Shown here piece after piece: positions 1 through 8,919 of a stretch of 64,000 nt of DNA. The notes under the pieces are model-generated. The model ran no database searches and was not told the origin of the DNA. It was given only the letters and a program-made list of their open reading frames with translations. Within the stretch, counting starts at the first letter, position 1, and each line of letters begins with the position of its first letter. Origin of the DNA: Candidatus Dormiibacterota bacterium. GTDB taxonomy: Bacteria; Chloroflexota; Dormibacteria; Aeolococcales; Aeolococcaceae. The stretch is taken from the NCBI GenBank assembly GCA_963751755.1, contig CAVVVH010000007.1, positions 43,556-107,555 of the forward strand. Reading direction: 5' to 3'. Both the position numbers and the translations under genes were made by a program.

Positions 1-192
1 CAACGCGGCCAGCCCAGCTGCGGTCGCCAATGCCCACACCGCCTGCCCAGCCGACACGCCGAGCGCCGTGACGATGCCGCCGCGCCGCCCGCCGAGGAGG
101 ACGTTGCGGATCGTCAGGGCTGTATCCGGGCCCGGGGTCATGATCACCAGGGCCGAAACAGCCAGGAAGGGCACCACCGCCGCCGCGCTCAT
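1..192 (-). CDS. LysE/RhtB family amino-acid translocator, N-terminal part only (gene runs off the left edge)
   Basis: Reverse-strand translation from the ATG at 192 gives MSAAAVVPFLAVSALVIMTPGPDTALTIRNVLLGGRRGGIVTALGVSAGQAVWALATAAGLAAL. The MTPGPD...GxxxG pattern is typical of the LysE family. No stop lies in the window, so it is absent from the ORF track. Confidence 0.7.
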   Translation of the reverse strand, partial: MSAAAVVPFLAVSALVIMTPGPDTALTIRNVLLGGRRGGIVTALGVSAGQAVWALATAAGLAAL

Positions 193-274
193 CGCCACGA
201 TTATCGGGTACGTAAGCTTGGCCTTCCTCTCGCCTAGGCGGATGAGACCCGGGGTGGCTAGGAGGTCGCCGACC

Positions 275-910
275 ATGGCCGTGGATGTGCTCACCGACAC
301 TGTGATTCGCAGACCAAGGGCGCAGGTGGCCGCGTACGTCGCCGATCCCACCAACGCACCGGAGTGGTACGTGAACATCGTCTCGGTCAGCTGGGAGACG
401 GAGCCACCGGTCCGCGTTGGCTCACGCGTGGCGTTCGTGGCCCGGTTTCTCGGCCGCCGCCTCGCCTACACGTACGAGATCGTCGAGTTGGTGCCGGGCG
501 AACGGCTGGTGATGAGCACGGCCCAGGGGCCCTTCCCGATGGAGACGACGTACACGTGGGACGACGCCGGCGCAGGCACAACTCGCATGACGCTGCGCAA
601 CCGCGGTGAACCGAGCGGCTTCGCGAAGGTCAGTGCCCCGCTCATGGCCGGGGCGATGCGCCGCGCCAACACGAAGGATCTCGCAAGCCTCAAAGCTCTC
701 CTCGAGTTCGCGCACCGCCTGACCGACAGCGGACATGCTCACCGCCAGACGGTCGCGACCCAAGCCGCCGCGCGGTCAGGAGCGGATCAGGGTCACCTCG
801 ACGCCGAACGCGCGAGCAGCGGTCCGCCACAGCGCATCGGCGGTCACCACGCCGGCACCGAGGACGGCGGCGGCTGCCAGGCAGCAGCGGTCGGCGATTC
901 CAAAGCCTGA
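275..910 (+). CDS. SRPBCC (polyketide cyclase/dehydrase-like) family protein
   Basis: ATG at 275 is preceded by GGAGG (261-265). MAVDVLTDTVIRRPRAQVAAYVADPTNAPEWYVNI...TRMTLRNRGEPSGFAKV is SRPBCC-like. The last ~45 codons are low complexity and overlap the convergent vapC. Confidence 0.7.
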   Translation: MAVDVLTDTVIRRPRAQVAAYVADPTNAPEWYVNIVSVSWETEPPVRVGSRVAFVARFLGRRLAYTYEIVELVPGERLVMSTAQGPFPMETTYTWDDAGAGTTRMTLRNRGEPSGFAKVSAPLMAGAMRRANTKDLASLKALLEFAHRLTDSGHAHRQTVATQAAARSGADQGHLDAERASSGPPQRIGGHHAGTEDGGGCQAAAVGDSKA

Positions 911-1159
911 TGGCAGGCGCGAACGCGTCCGCGCAGAGAGCCACGCCATCTCCGCGGTGAAGGGCGTCACCGTCACATCGAGAGCTGCAACCGCGAGCTC
1001 CACGTCCGGTGCCGGCATGCCGCGCTGGATCAGCTTGCCCGCCACCTCCTCGAGGTTGACGGACAGCACCGTGGCGTCGGCCAGGTACTCCTCGACCAGC
1101 GCAGCCCCAGGCTCGTCGTCCAGCAGTGCCAGCAACGCGCTCGCGTCCAGCACGACCAT
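776..1159 (-). CDS. vapC: PIN-domain ribonuclease toxin VapC
   Basis: MVVLDASALLALLDDEPGA...VTADALW is a classic PIN N-terminus with acidic residues. It lies directly downstream of an AbrB-type antitoxin gene. Confidence 0.85.
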   Translation of the reverse strand: MVVLDASALLALLDDEPGAALVEEYLADATVLSVNLEEVAGKLIQRGMPAPDVELAVAALDVTVTPFTAEMAWLSARTRSRLPSGFGIADRCCLAAAAVLGAGVVTADALWRTAARAFGVEVTLIRS

Positions 1160-1169
1160 CAGGCCAACC

Positions 1170-1454
1170 TCAGCGCCGCGTCCGCGACCGTCCCGACACG
1201 CGCTCCTTGGCGGCGTCCTGGCGGCGTTCGCGGATGAGCTCTGCGGCAAGGTCCAGGCCGGCCGGGACGTGCTTACGGACCAGCGCCTGGCTCTGCCGTA
1301 CCGCGGCGCGGCGTGACATCAGGCGCACCTCGCCCGGCGACGCACCGCTGACGAACACCACCTCGTCGCCCTCGCGCAGTTCGAGCTCTGCCCGAATCGG
1401 CGCCGGCAGAACCAGGCGTCCGCTGCGGTCAAGTCGCGCGGAGTGCGGCACCAT
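1170..1454 (-). CDS. vapB: AbrB/MazE/SpoVT-family antitoxin VapB
   Basis: RLDRSGRLVLPAPIRAELELREGDEVVF is a SpoVT/AbrB swapped-hairpin motif. Its stop is 10 nt upstream of the vapC start. Confidence 0.8.
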   Translation of the reverse strand: MVPHSARLDRSGRLVLPAPIRAELELREGDEVVFVSGASPGEVRLMSRRAAVRQSQALVRKHVPAGLDLAAELIRERRQDAAKERVSGRSRTRR

Positions 1455-1530
1455 GTGTCAAGTATGCCGCAACCGGGCGTCTACGGTAGGCATGAGTGCT
1501 TATCCCGCAACAGACTATACTCGCCGCACC

Positions 1531-1704
1531 ATGGCCCTGGAGATGCGCCCAGCCTGTGAACGCTGCGCCACACCGCTCGCACCCGAAGCCGACGCGCGCA
1601 TCTGCAGCTTCGAGTGCACCTTCTGCCCGCCATGCGCGGACGCGATGGAGGCCGTCTGCCCCAACTGCGGCGGCGAGCTGGTCGCACGCCCGCGCCGGCG
1701 ATGA
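1531..1704 (+). CDS. DUF1272 zinc-ribbon protein
   Basis: MALEMRPACERCATPL...ARICSFECTFCPPCA...CPNCGGELVARPRR matches the DUF1272 Cys pattern. An alternative upstream ATG is at 1492. Confidence 0.75.
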   Translation: MALEMRPACERCATPLAPEADARICSFECTFCPPCADAMEAVCPNCGGELVARPRRR

Positions 1705-2456
1705 CGCGCACCGCTCTCCTGCAGGTCGCGCTCAACGGCCAGCGCGATGAACCGCACATCCCACGCACGCCGTCCGAGCTAGCCGCCGCCGGCCGCGACG
1801 CCGTTGCTGCCGGCGCACGGGTCATCCATCTCCATCCTTGTGACGACGACGGCGTCCCCACTCTCGAGGCGGCGCCGATCGCCGCCGCCATCACCGCTGT
1901 TCGTGCGGCGTGTCCGGGCATTCCGCTGTCGCTGAGCACCTGGGCGCTCATCGAACCCGATGCGACGCACCGGCGCGCGCAGATCGCATCCTGGACGGTG
2001 CTGCCCGACCTGGTCACCGCCAACCAGGGTGAGGAGGGCATCGTCGATCTCTGCCACGACCTGCTCGCGCGAGGCGTCGGCATCGAGGCCGGGCTGCTGG
2101 AGCTGGCCGACGCTGAACGATTCGTCAGCACCGACCTCCCCGTTGTGTGCACGCGGGTGCTCATCGAGCCGCTCGACGAGGCTGTCGAGGCGGCCGTGGC
2201 GCACGGCGCTGCGATGGAGCAGGTGATCACCGCCGCGGGCATCACCCTCCCGCAGGTGCACCACGGTGACGGCATCGCCTCGTGGGCGGTCAGCGAGCGT
2301 GGCCTGCGCCGCGGTCACGGCATGCGCACCGGTCTCGAGGACTGCCTGTTCCTCCCGGACGGACAGGCCGCTAGGGACAACGCCAGCCTGGTCACGGCGG
2401 CCGTCGCGTTGATGCGCGCCGCGGGCGTGGCGCCTGCCGTCACCTCAGAGCCCTAG
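1701..2456 (+). CDS. 3-keto-5-aminohexanoate cleavage enzyme family (BKACE/DUF849)
   Basis: LLQVALNGQRD...PRTPSELAAAGRDAVAAGARVIHLHP is the BKACE N-terminal signature. There is an ATGA start/stop overlap with the DUF1272 gene. Confidence 0.75.
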   Translation: MTRTALLQVALNGQRDEPHIPRTPSELAAAGRDAVAAGARVIHLHPCDDDGVPTLEAAPIAAAITAVRAACPGIPLSLSTWALIEPDATHRRAQIASWTVLPDLVTANQGEEGIVDLCHDLLARGVGIEAGLLELADAERFVSTDLPVVCTRVLIEPLDEAVEAAVAHGAAMEQVITAAGITLPQVHHGDGIASWAVSERGLRRGHGMRTGLEDCLFLPDGQAARDNASLVTAAVALMRAAGVAPAVTSEP

Positions 2457-2492
2457 CGGCGCGCGTCCCTTCTCGCCAAAGAATTCGGGTCC

Positions 2493-4133
2493 TCAGCCGA
2501 CCCGGGATTCCTCGTCGCGCGTCAGCCGGCCATGGGCAACTCCGGCCACCGCAGCGTGCGTGCCGGTGTGGCCGGTGACGGCGGCGAGGAACGTGCTGCT
2601 GTCGAGCGCGAAGAGCGTCACGTCGGTCACGGTGGTGACCGTCGCCGTGCGCGGCACACTGCTCAGAAGCGCGATCTCGCCGATGCCGTCGCCGCGTCTT
2701 TGGGTGGACACGTGGCGGCCCGCGACGGTGACATCCAACTCTCCATCTGCCACCGCGTAGAAGCGGTCACCGGCGTCGCCCTCGCGAATCAGCACGGTGG
2801 CCGGCGGCAGCTCGACGCGTTCCAGTGAGCGAGCCAGGCCCTCGAGCGCAGGCGCCGGCAGCGAGGCGAAGTGAGGCAGCGAACGCAGCAGCGCGATCTC
2901 CACGATCGGCACGGTGGCGTTGGCATCGAGCGTCAGCAGCGACCGCCCGCACACCACCAGCCCCACGGGCAGAACGGCCCCCACCCCGACCAGGGCCGCG
3001 GTCGAGCCGCCGATGTCGATGAGCACGGTGGTCAACAGCGAGCCCACGGCAAGACCGGCCATGGTCACACCCTCGACCACGCCGAAGATGCGCCCGAGCA
3101 GCTGCGCCGGAACGGCGCGCTGGAGCAGCGTTCGCGTCGCCATCTCCAGGACGGCGGCGCCGGCGCCGGCCAGCGCCAGGAGGGTGGCCGTGGCCACGAC
3201 GTTCACCGACATCGCGGTAAGTCCGAGGCCGGCGCTCAACACCAGGCTGCCCAGCACCATCGGACGCGCCAGGCGGCGGCCCACCAGCGTGGCCGTGACG
3301 CCACCGGCGAGGACCCCACCGATGCCGAACGCCATGTTGAGGTATCCCGCCAGCGCCGCGCCCTGGTGCAGCACGCTGATCGCCAGCACCACGAAGAGAA
3401 CGTCCAACGCCCCGAGCACCACCCAGGCGAGCGCGAGGACCGCGACCAGCAACCGCGAGTGGCGCTCCGTGGCGAGAAGACGCAGGCCGGCTCCGACGTG
3501 CGCGAGTGCGCTCCCCGGCACGTCGTCGTCGTCCACCGCCAGTGGCCGCGTCCGCACACCGGCGACGAGCAGCGTCGCGACGGCACCGAACGCGGAGCAC
3601 ACCGCGAACACCGCGCCGGGGCCGCCGGCACCCAGCAAAACTCCCGTCATCGCCCCGGCCAGCACGATCCCCACGGCCTCGATCCAGCCCGTGGCCACGT
3701 TCATCGCGGTGAGCTGGTCAGCCCCACGCACCAGCCCGGGCACGAGCACCGCCTGGGCGGGACGCGTCGCTGCCACGGCCGTCGACGCCACCACCGCAGC
3801 CCCGTACGCCGCGTACGGGCTGAGGCCGGCGAACAGCACCACGGCCGTGAGTCCCATGGCGGCCGCCTGCACGATGTAGCCGCCCACAAGGAGGGTCGCC
3901 GGCGAGCGCCGGTCTGCGACCGTCGCGATGAATGGCGCCAGGACGCTCGGCGGCACCGTCTGCGCGACGACGACGAGCCCCGCCGTGGTCGCGCCGCCCT
4001 GCTCGAACGCGTACACCAGCATGGCGATCCACACCGCGTACTCGGTGAGGATGAACAGCGCGTACGCGCCCGCCACGCGGAGCAGCGTCGCGCTGCCGGC
4101 GATGACCCGGATCACCGCCGTCAGGTCGCCCAC
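2493..4133 (-). CDS. MFS transporter fused to a C-terminal cyclic-nucleotide-binding domain
   Basis: About 12 hydrophobic segments are followed by LRSLPHFASLPAPALEGLARSLERVELPPATVLIREGDAGDRFYAVADGELDV...GDGIGEIALL...PRTATVTT, a cNMP-binding fold with the G-E-x-A-L and R-T-A motifs. Confidence 0.85.
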   Translation of the reverse strand: MGDLTAVIRVIAGSATLLRVAGAYALFILTEYAVWIAMLVYAFEQGGATTAGLVVVAQTVPPSVLAPFIATVADRRSPATLLVGGYIVQAAAMGLTAVVLFAGLSPYAAYGAAVVASTAVAATRPAQAVLVPGLVRGADQLTAMNVATGWIEAVGIVLAGAMTGVLLGAGGPGAVFAVCSAFGAVATLLVAGVRTRPLAVDDDDVPGSALAHVGAGLRLLATERHSRLLVAVLALAWVVLGALDVLFVVLAISVLHQGAALAGYLNMAFGIGGVLAGGVTATLVGRRLARPMVLGSLVLSAGLGLTAMSVNVVATATLLALAGAGAAVLEMATRTLLQRAVPAQLLGRIFGVVEGVTMAGLAVGSLLTTVLIDIGGSTAALVGVGAVLPVGLVVCGRSLLTLDANATVPIVEIALLRSLPHFASLPAPALEGLARSLERVELPPATVLIREGDAGDRFYAVADGELDVTVAGRHVSTQRRGDGIGEIALLSSVPRTATVTTVTDVTLFALDSSTFLAAVTGHTGTHAAVAGVAHGRLTRDEESRVG

Positions 4134-4171
4134 GGGCGGAGGATATCAGCGGCGCCAGCCCGGAATTTGCG

Positions 4172-5143
4172 CTACCGGGACGAGCCGGCCGGTGCCACGC
4201 CACAGAAGCTGCGCCGGTACGCCTGTGGCGACGTGCCGCGGTGGCGCGCGAAGTGCTGCCGCAGCGTCGCTGCGGTGCCGAACCCCGTTTGCTCGGCGAC
4301 CTGCTCAACGTCGAGCTCGGTCTCCTCGAGCAGCCGCTGCGCGCGCGCCACCCGCTGCGTGATCAACCATCGGTGCGGAGCGGTCCCCGTCGTTGCGGTG
4401 AAGCGACGGTTGAAGGTGCGCAGCGACATGTTGGCGCGCCGCGCCAGGTGCTCGACGCCGAATGGCTTGTTGAGGTTCGCCTGCACCCAGTCGAGTACCA
4501 CCGCGAGGTCGTCGCCGCGGTCGTGTTCCACCATCGGCGCCTCGATGTACTGCGCCTGGCCGCCGTCGCGATGCGGCGGCACCACCATGCGACGCGCGAT
4601 GGCGTTGGCGACGGCCGCGCCGTGCTCCTCGCGGATGATGTGGAGGCAGAGGTCGATGCCCGACGCCGTGCCCGCGCTGGTGAGCACCGAACCCTCGTCG
4701 ACGTACAGCACGTTGGCATCCACCTCGATCTCGGGATACCGCGCGGACAGCTCTGCTGCGTAGCGCCAGTGCGTGGTGGCCCGGCGCCCGTCGAGCAGCC
4801 CGGCCGCGGCGAGCACGAACGCCCCGGTGCAGACGCTCATCACGCGAGCGCCGCGAGCAACAGCGTCGCGCAGAGCCCGGAGGAGCTCCGCCGGTGGTTC
4901 GTGGTCGCTGTTCCAGGCGGCGATGGCGATGAGGTCGGCGGTGGCGAGCTCAACGATGCCGTACTCCGGGGAGATGGTGAAGCCGCCGTCGGTGACCAGC
5001 GGGGGAGGCTCCACCGCGCACACCCGGAAGTCGTACACGGGCAGCCCCTCGTCGGAGCGGTCGGTGCCGAACACCTCGCAGAGCACGCCGAGCTCGAAGG
5101 TCGCCACGTGCTGGCCCACTGCCACGACCACCTTCTCGAGCAT
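4172..5143 (-). CDS. GlxA-family transcriptional regulator (DJ-1/PfpI domain plus AraC HTH)
   Basis: The start MLEKVVVAVGQHVATFELGV was placed from the DNA (cat at 5141-5143). SVCTGAFVLAAAGLLDGRRATTHW is the DJ-1 nucleophile-elbow region. The C-terminal AraC HTH reads LARRANMSLRTFNRRF...GFGTAATLRQHF. The upstream part of the 637-aa ORF is non-coding read-through. Confidence 0.85.
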   Translation of the reverse strand: MLEKVVVAVGQHVATFELGVLCEVFGTDRSDEGLPVYDFRVCAVEPPPLVTDGGFTISPEYGIVELATADLIAIAAWNSDHEPPAELLRALRDAVARGARVMSVCTGAFVLAAAGLLDGRRATTHWRYAAELSARYPEIEVDANVLYVDEGSVLTSAGTASGIDLCLHIIREEHGAAVANAIARRMVVPPHRDGGQAQYIEAPMVEHDRGDDLAVVLDWVQANLNKPFGVEHLARRANMSLRTFNRRFTATTGTAPHRWLITQRVARAQRLLEETELDVEQVAEQTGFGTAATLRQHFARHRGTSPQAYRRSFCGVAPAGSSR

Positions 5144-5434
5144 CGAGCTAGTTTGGCACAAATCACGCGAGGTTTGGCGTTTCTGCCACTCGCGGTGAAA
5201 CTCGTACCGCCGTACGGTGGATCCAGCGGCAACCGACGGGCGCACAGGGAGTGCAGAGATGAACGGATTCGACATCACCGAGCTGGGACAGGTCAGGGAG
5301 CAGGAGAACATGCTGGAGCGCGCGGAGTCGCAGGCGCTGCGCCGGGCGCGGCGGGACGCCGACGCGGGGACTGGGCGCCTCAGCCGCCGACGCAGGGGGC
5401 TGCACCGCCGGCTGTCCAACCTTCTCGCGTGACG

Positions 5435-5776
5435 ATGATCGCGCGCATCTGGTCCGGCGCAACGGAGACGCGGGACGCTGCGGAATACGAGCACTACATG
5501 CACCGCGTGGCGCTCCCGGGGTACGCCGACGTCCCCGGCAACCGTCTCGTGCTCATGCTGCGCCGCGATCGGGATGACTGTCGCACCGAGTTCACCATGA
5601 CCACGCTGTGGGAGGACCTCGACGCCGTCCGGTCGTTCACCGGTGCAGACGAGGAGACGGCGGTGTACTACCCGGAGGACGATCGCTTTCTCGTCGAGCG
5701 CGATCGGGTGGTCCGACACCACGCGGTGTACGGGTGGCACAGGTCCCTCCTGGGGTGGTCGTCGCACCGCGGCTGA
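5435..5776 (+). CDS. Antibiotic-biosynthesis-monooxygenase (ABM)-like small protein
   Basis: MIARIWSGATETRDAAEYEHYMHRVALPGYADVPGN...LWEDLDAVRSFTG...AVYYPEDDRFL is a typical ABM/dimeric alpha-beta-barrel family pattern. It is divergent from the GlxA regulator gene. Confidence 0.65.
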   Translation: MIARIWSGATETRDAAEYEHYMHRVALPGYADVPGNRLVLMLRRDRDDCRTEFTMTTLWEDLDAVRSFTGADEETAVYYPEDDRFLVERDRVVRHHAVYGWHRSLLGWSSHRG

Positions 5777-5812
5777 GCGGCGCTCAGTAGCGACTGGCCG
5801 GGCTACTCTCCG

Positions 5813-6850
5813 GTGGTGCCCGATGCATCGCCGCTGGCCCGCCGCCTCAGCGCACAGATGCTGTCGGGCGAGCCGGCAGCGGATCCCGTCGCGGTGGTCG
5901 AACGGCTGCTCGCGGTGCAGGGCCAGGATCTTCAGGGTGCGCGGCTGGCGATCCGAGCTCGCTCCGCGAACCTGCACGTCACCGACATCGATCGATGTCT
6001 CACCGAGGACCGCTCGCTCGTCATCACCACGCTGAACCGCGGGACGCTGCACCTCGTCCGCGCCGATGACTACCCGTGGCTTCACGCGCTGACCACTCCG
6101 CCCGTTGTCACCGGCAACGCGCGCCGGCTTGCCCAGGAGGGCGTGTCCGCATCACAGGCGGACCGAGGCGTTGCCCTGATCGAGCGCGCGATCGGCAAGG
6201 ACGGCCCGCAAACGCGCAGTCAGCTGCGGCAATTGCTGGTCCGAGCGGGCATTCCCACAGCCGGCCAGGCATTCGTGCACATCGTCATGTGCGCCACGCT
6301 GCGAGGCCTCATCGTGCGCGGGCCGGTGCTGGGACGTGAGCACGCCTTCGTGCTCGTGCGTGATTGGCTACCACGGGCACGGCAGGTGGATCGTGATCGG
6401 GCACTCACCGAGCTCGCTCGCCGCTACCTCGCAGGACACGGACCGGCGACCGACCGTGACCTGGCCCAGTGGTCGGGGCTGCCACTGCGCGACGCCAGGG
6501 CCGGCCTGGCCGCCATCTCCACGGAGCTGCAGCAGGTGCGGGATGGCCTCGTCGACCTCGTACTCAGAGAGCCACCGGCCCCGCTGCCGCCGCCGCGCCT
6601 GCTCGGTCAGTTCGACCCGGTGCTGCTGGGCTGGACATCCCGTGCGGACATCATCGGTCCGCATACGGGCCTGGTCACGAGCAACGGGCTCTTCCGGCCG
6701 TTCGCGATGGTCCGCGGCAGGGCGGTGGGAACGTGGAGCATGGCCGGGGGAGCCGTGCGTGTCACACCGTTCGGCGAGCTGTCGCGTGCTGTTGCCGATG
6801 CGCTGAACGCCGACGCGGCCGACGTGCAGCGCTTCTTCGTCGCGCGCTAG
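5813..6850 (+). CDS. Winged-helix DNA glycosylase-like protein (AlkZ/YcaQ, DUF1006 family)
   Basis: LLAVQGQDLQGARLAIRAR...LNRGTLHLV...RRYLAGHGPATDRDLAQWSGL...GLFRPFAMVRGRAVGTW are family hallmarks. A Q-x-Q motif is at VQGQD. Confidence 0.75.
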   Translation: MVPDASPLARRLSAQMLSGEPAADPVAVVERLLAVQGQDLQGARLAIRARSANLHVTDIDRCLTEDRSLVITTLNRGTLHLVRADDYPWLHALTTPPVVTGNARRLAQEGVSASQADRGVALIERAIGKDGPQTRSQLRQLLVRAGIPTAGQAFVHIVMCATLRGLIVRGPVLGREHAFVLVRDWLPRARQVDRDRALTELARRYLAGHGPATDRDLAQWSGLPLRDARAGLAAISTELQQVRDGLVDLVLREPPAPLPPPRLLGQFDPVLLGWTSRADIIGPHTGLVTSNGLFRPFAMVRGRAVGTWSMAGGAVRVTPFGELSRAVADALNADAADVQRFFVAR

Positions 6851-6886
6851 CCGGCGTCGAGAGTCGCTCGGCTCAGCGCGACTGTG

Positions 6887-7487
6887 CTACGACGCGGCGA
6901 CGGAATCGCCGACCAGCTCGGCGACCGACCGGATGGTGGCGAAGCGACCCGCCAGCACGTACTCGGTACGGGCGATCACGTCATCAGTCGAGAGCGTGCG
7001 CGGGTCGGCGAGGATGTCCTCCACGCTGCGGCCAGGCGGCGCATCGCGGTGCTCGATGGGCGTCGTCGCCGTGGCGTCCGTGACGAAGGTCACCTCGAAC
7101 CCGAGGTCGGAGCCGACGCGCGCGGTCGTCTCGCAGCACTGCTCGGTGCGGATGCCGGCGATGAGCAGCTCGCGCACACCTCGCGTGGTGAGCACCTGCT
7201 GCAGGTTGGTGGTGGTGAATGCGTTGTGAGCCGTCTTGGTCATGAGTGGCTCGCCGTCGTCGGGGACCAAGCCATCCATGAGACGCACGAAACCGCTGGC
7301 GGGATCGAAGACCGTGCCGGTGGAGGGCTCGGCGTGGAGCACCCACACCACGAGGTCGCCGCCGGCCCGCGTGAGCCGCACCAGGCGGTTCACCTGCTCG
7401 ACCAGCTGCGGATTGGAGTTGTGTGCCCACATGGCACGCTGTCGCGAACAACTCCTGGACGTCGACCACTATGAGCGCGCGATTCAT
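6887..7487 (-). pseudogene. Isochorismatase-family hydrolase, reading frame broken near the N-terminus
   Basis: MNRALIVVDVQELF (frame of 7487) carries the catalytic-Asp segment. The rest, MWAHNSNPQLVEQ...KTAHNAFTTTNLQQ...GIRTEQCCETTAR, is in the +1 frame (ORF 6887..7432). The break lies between 7433 and 7455. Confidence 0.75.
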
Positions 7488-7658
7488 GTGGTGATCCTAA
7501 ACGTCGTGGCTGTGGGCTCAGGCCCGGACAGACGCTGCGCCAGGCACCTAGATGGCGAGGCCGTCCGGCCAACGCCGAGGCAGATCAACCCTGCGCGCTC
7601 TAGGATCGGGATCGTCGACCGCCCGTCGAGGAGACAGCCGCATGACCAAGGCCGAACC

Positions 7659-8624
7659 GTGACCGATCGCGCGTTCAAGCGGATCCTGTCGATCGACGGC
7701 GGCGGCATCCGGGGGCTCGTGCCCGCTCTCGTGCTCGCGGAGATCGAGCACCAGACCGGCAAGCCCATCAGCAGCCTCTTCGACCTGATCGCCGGGACGT
7801 CGACCGGCGGCATCCTGGCCCTTGCCCTGACATGTCCCGGGACGGACGGCACGCCGAAATACCCGGCGACCAAGCTGGTCGATCTCTACGCATCGGGCAC
7901 GCGCCACCAGATCTTCCCCGCGCAGTTCCTAGGCGGAGTGAAGCAGCTCTTCGGGCCCAAGTACTCCGCGCGTGGCATCGAGACCGTCCTTCGCGAGTAC
8001 TTCGGGGAGGCCCGCCTGAAGGACGTCATCACCGACGTCTTCATCCCCGCCTACGAGATCGAGACGAGAAACCCGTTCTTCTTTCGCAGCAGCAGGGCGA
8101 AGGCCGACCCGGCGGAGTACGACTACCCGTTGTGGCGCGTCGCTCGAGCGACGTCGGCCGCTCCGACGTACTTCCCGCCGGCGGAGGCCGACGCCGGGAG
8201 TGGAAAGAGCTGGTTCAACGTCGACGGCGGCCTGTACGCGAACAACCCGAGCATCTGGGCCATGGCGGACGTGCTCGCCGGCGGCGCGGAGCTGGAGAAC
8301 CTCCTCGTCGTCTCACTGGCGACGGCGAGCAAGGAGTTGAAACACCCGTTCCAGTACCGGGAGGCGAAGGGCTGGGGGCTCATCCACTGGGCGCGGCCCG
8401 TCATCGACATCGCGCTGTCCGGTGGCAGCGACGCCGCCGAGTTCACCCTGGGCCAGCTGCTGGGCGAGCGCAGCTTCCGTTTCGTCCCGACCACTCCGCT
8501 GGCCAGCGAGGCGCTCGACGACGTCAGCGACCAGAACATCGAGCGCCTGATGGAACAGGGCCGGCAGCTCATCCGCGACCAGGGCCCCGCCATCGCCAAG
8601 CTCTGTGCCGAGCTGACGGCCTAG
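7659..8624 (+). CDS. Patatin-like phospholipase
   Basis: ILSIDGGGIRGL (oxyanion G-G-G-x-R-G), GTSTGG (G-x-S-x-G serine) and DGGLYANNP (catalytic Asp) are all present. The GTG start at 7659 was chosen because upstream in-frame sequence overlaps the opposite-strand gene. The start is uncertain. Confidence 0.8.
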   Translation: MTDRAFKRILSIDGGGIRGLVPALVLAEIEHQTGKPISSLFDLIAGTSTGGILALALTCPGTDGTPKYPATKLVDLYASGTRHQIFPAQFLGGVKQLFGPKYSARGIETVLREYFGEARLKDVITDVFIPAYEIETRNPFFFRSSRAKADPAEYDYPLWRVARATSAAPTYFPPAEADAGSGKSWFNVDGGLYANNPSIWAMADVLAGGAELENLLVVSLATASKELKHPFQYREAKGWGLIHWARPVIDIALSGGSDAAEFTLGQLLGERSFRFVPTTPLASEALDDVSDQNIERLMEQGRQLIRDQGPAIAKLCAELTA

Positions 8625-8685
8625 ATTTTCAGCCACTGGTTGCCCGCGACAGGCAGCTGTCGCCGCGCGCTCGCACCATGCCGCC

Positions 8686-8901
8686 GTGGCCACCCGCACC
8701 AACGTGATCGATGCCTCGCTCCGTTTCGCCCGGTCCGACCCTGCGTTGCTTCGCTACGCACGCGACAGCGCGGAGAAGGTCGGCGTTCCCGTCGACGACC
8801 TCCTGCGCGACGCCATCGACCGGGTGGCCGCGATCCGCGCTGCACAGGAACCGCCAGCATTGACGCTGCGCGACGGCCGTCCGCTGCTCCGCGCCATCTG
8901 A
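8686..8901 (+). CDS. Hypothetical small protein (71 aa)
   Basis: It has strong GC3 codon bias and an ATG start, and no recognisable motif. The helical, Arg/Asp-rich composition is loosely reminiscent of ribbon-helix-helix or antitoxin-like proteins. Confidence 0.45.
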   Translation: MATRTNVIDASLRFARSDPALLRYARDSAEKVGVPVDDLLRDAIDRVAAIRAAQEPPALTLRDGRPLLRAI

Positions 8902-8919
8902 CAGGCCGTAGCCACTTGC

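Noticed and set aside
776-910. A 135-nt convergent overlap between the SRPBCC gene tail and vapC.
   Set aside because: The SRPBCC fold is complete by about residue 150. The overlapping tail is low-complexity read-through until the first available stop, so it is probably not functionally meaningful. A lost stop or another undetected indel is possible.
2871-4763. A very long ORF (630 aa) antisense to or overlapping the MFS and GlxA genes. Similar long ORFs are at 13856-14695, 14805-16172, 26323-27339, 27809-29311, 30312-31409, 31814-33055, 38813-40111, 45390-46511 and 61678-63507.
   Set aside because: These are typical high-GC shadow ORFs. They have Arg/Gly/Pro/His-rich low-complexity translations and no motifs, and each lies opposite or out of frame to a gene with clear family signatures.
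5259-5432. A 57-aa ORF (MNGFDITELGQVREQENMLERAE...) in the GlxA/ABM divergent spacer, preceded by a GGGAG-like sequence.
   Set aside because: It is plausible but unsupported. It has no recognisable family, an Arg-rich tail typical of spurious high-GC ORFs, and it occupies the expected promoter region.
4172-6085. A 637-aa ORF suggesting a much longer GlxA-type protein.
   Set aside because: Only the last 323 residues, from MLEKVVV at 5143, resemble the family. The upstream 314 residues are low-complexity read-through that overlaps the ABM-like and AlkZ-like genes on the other strand.
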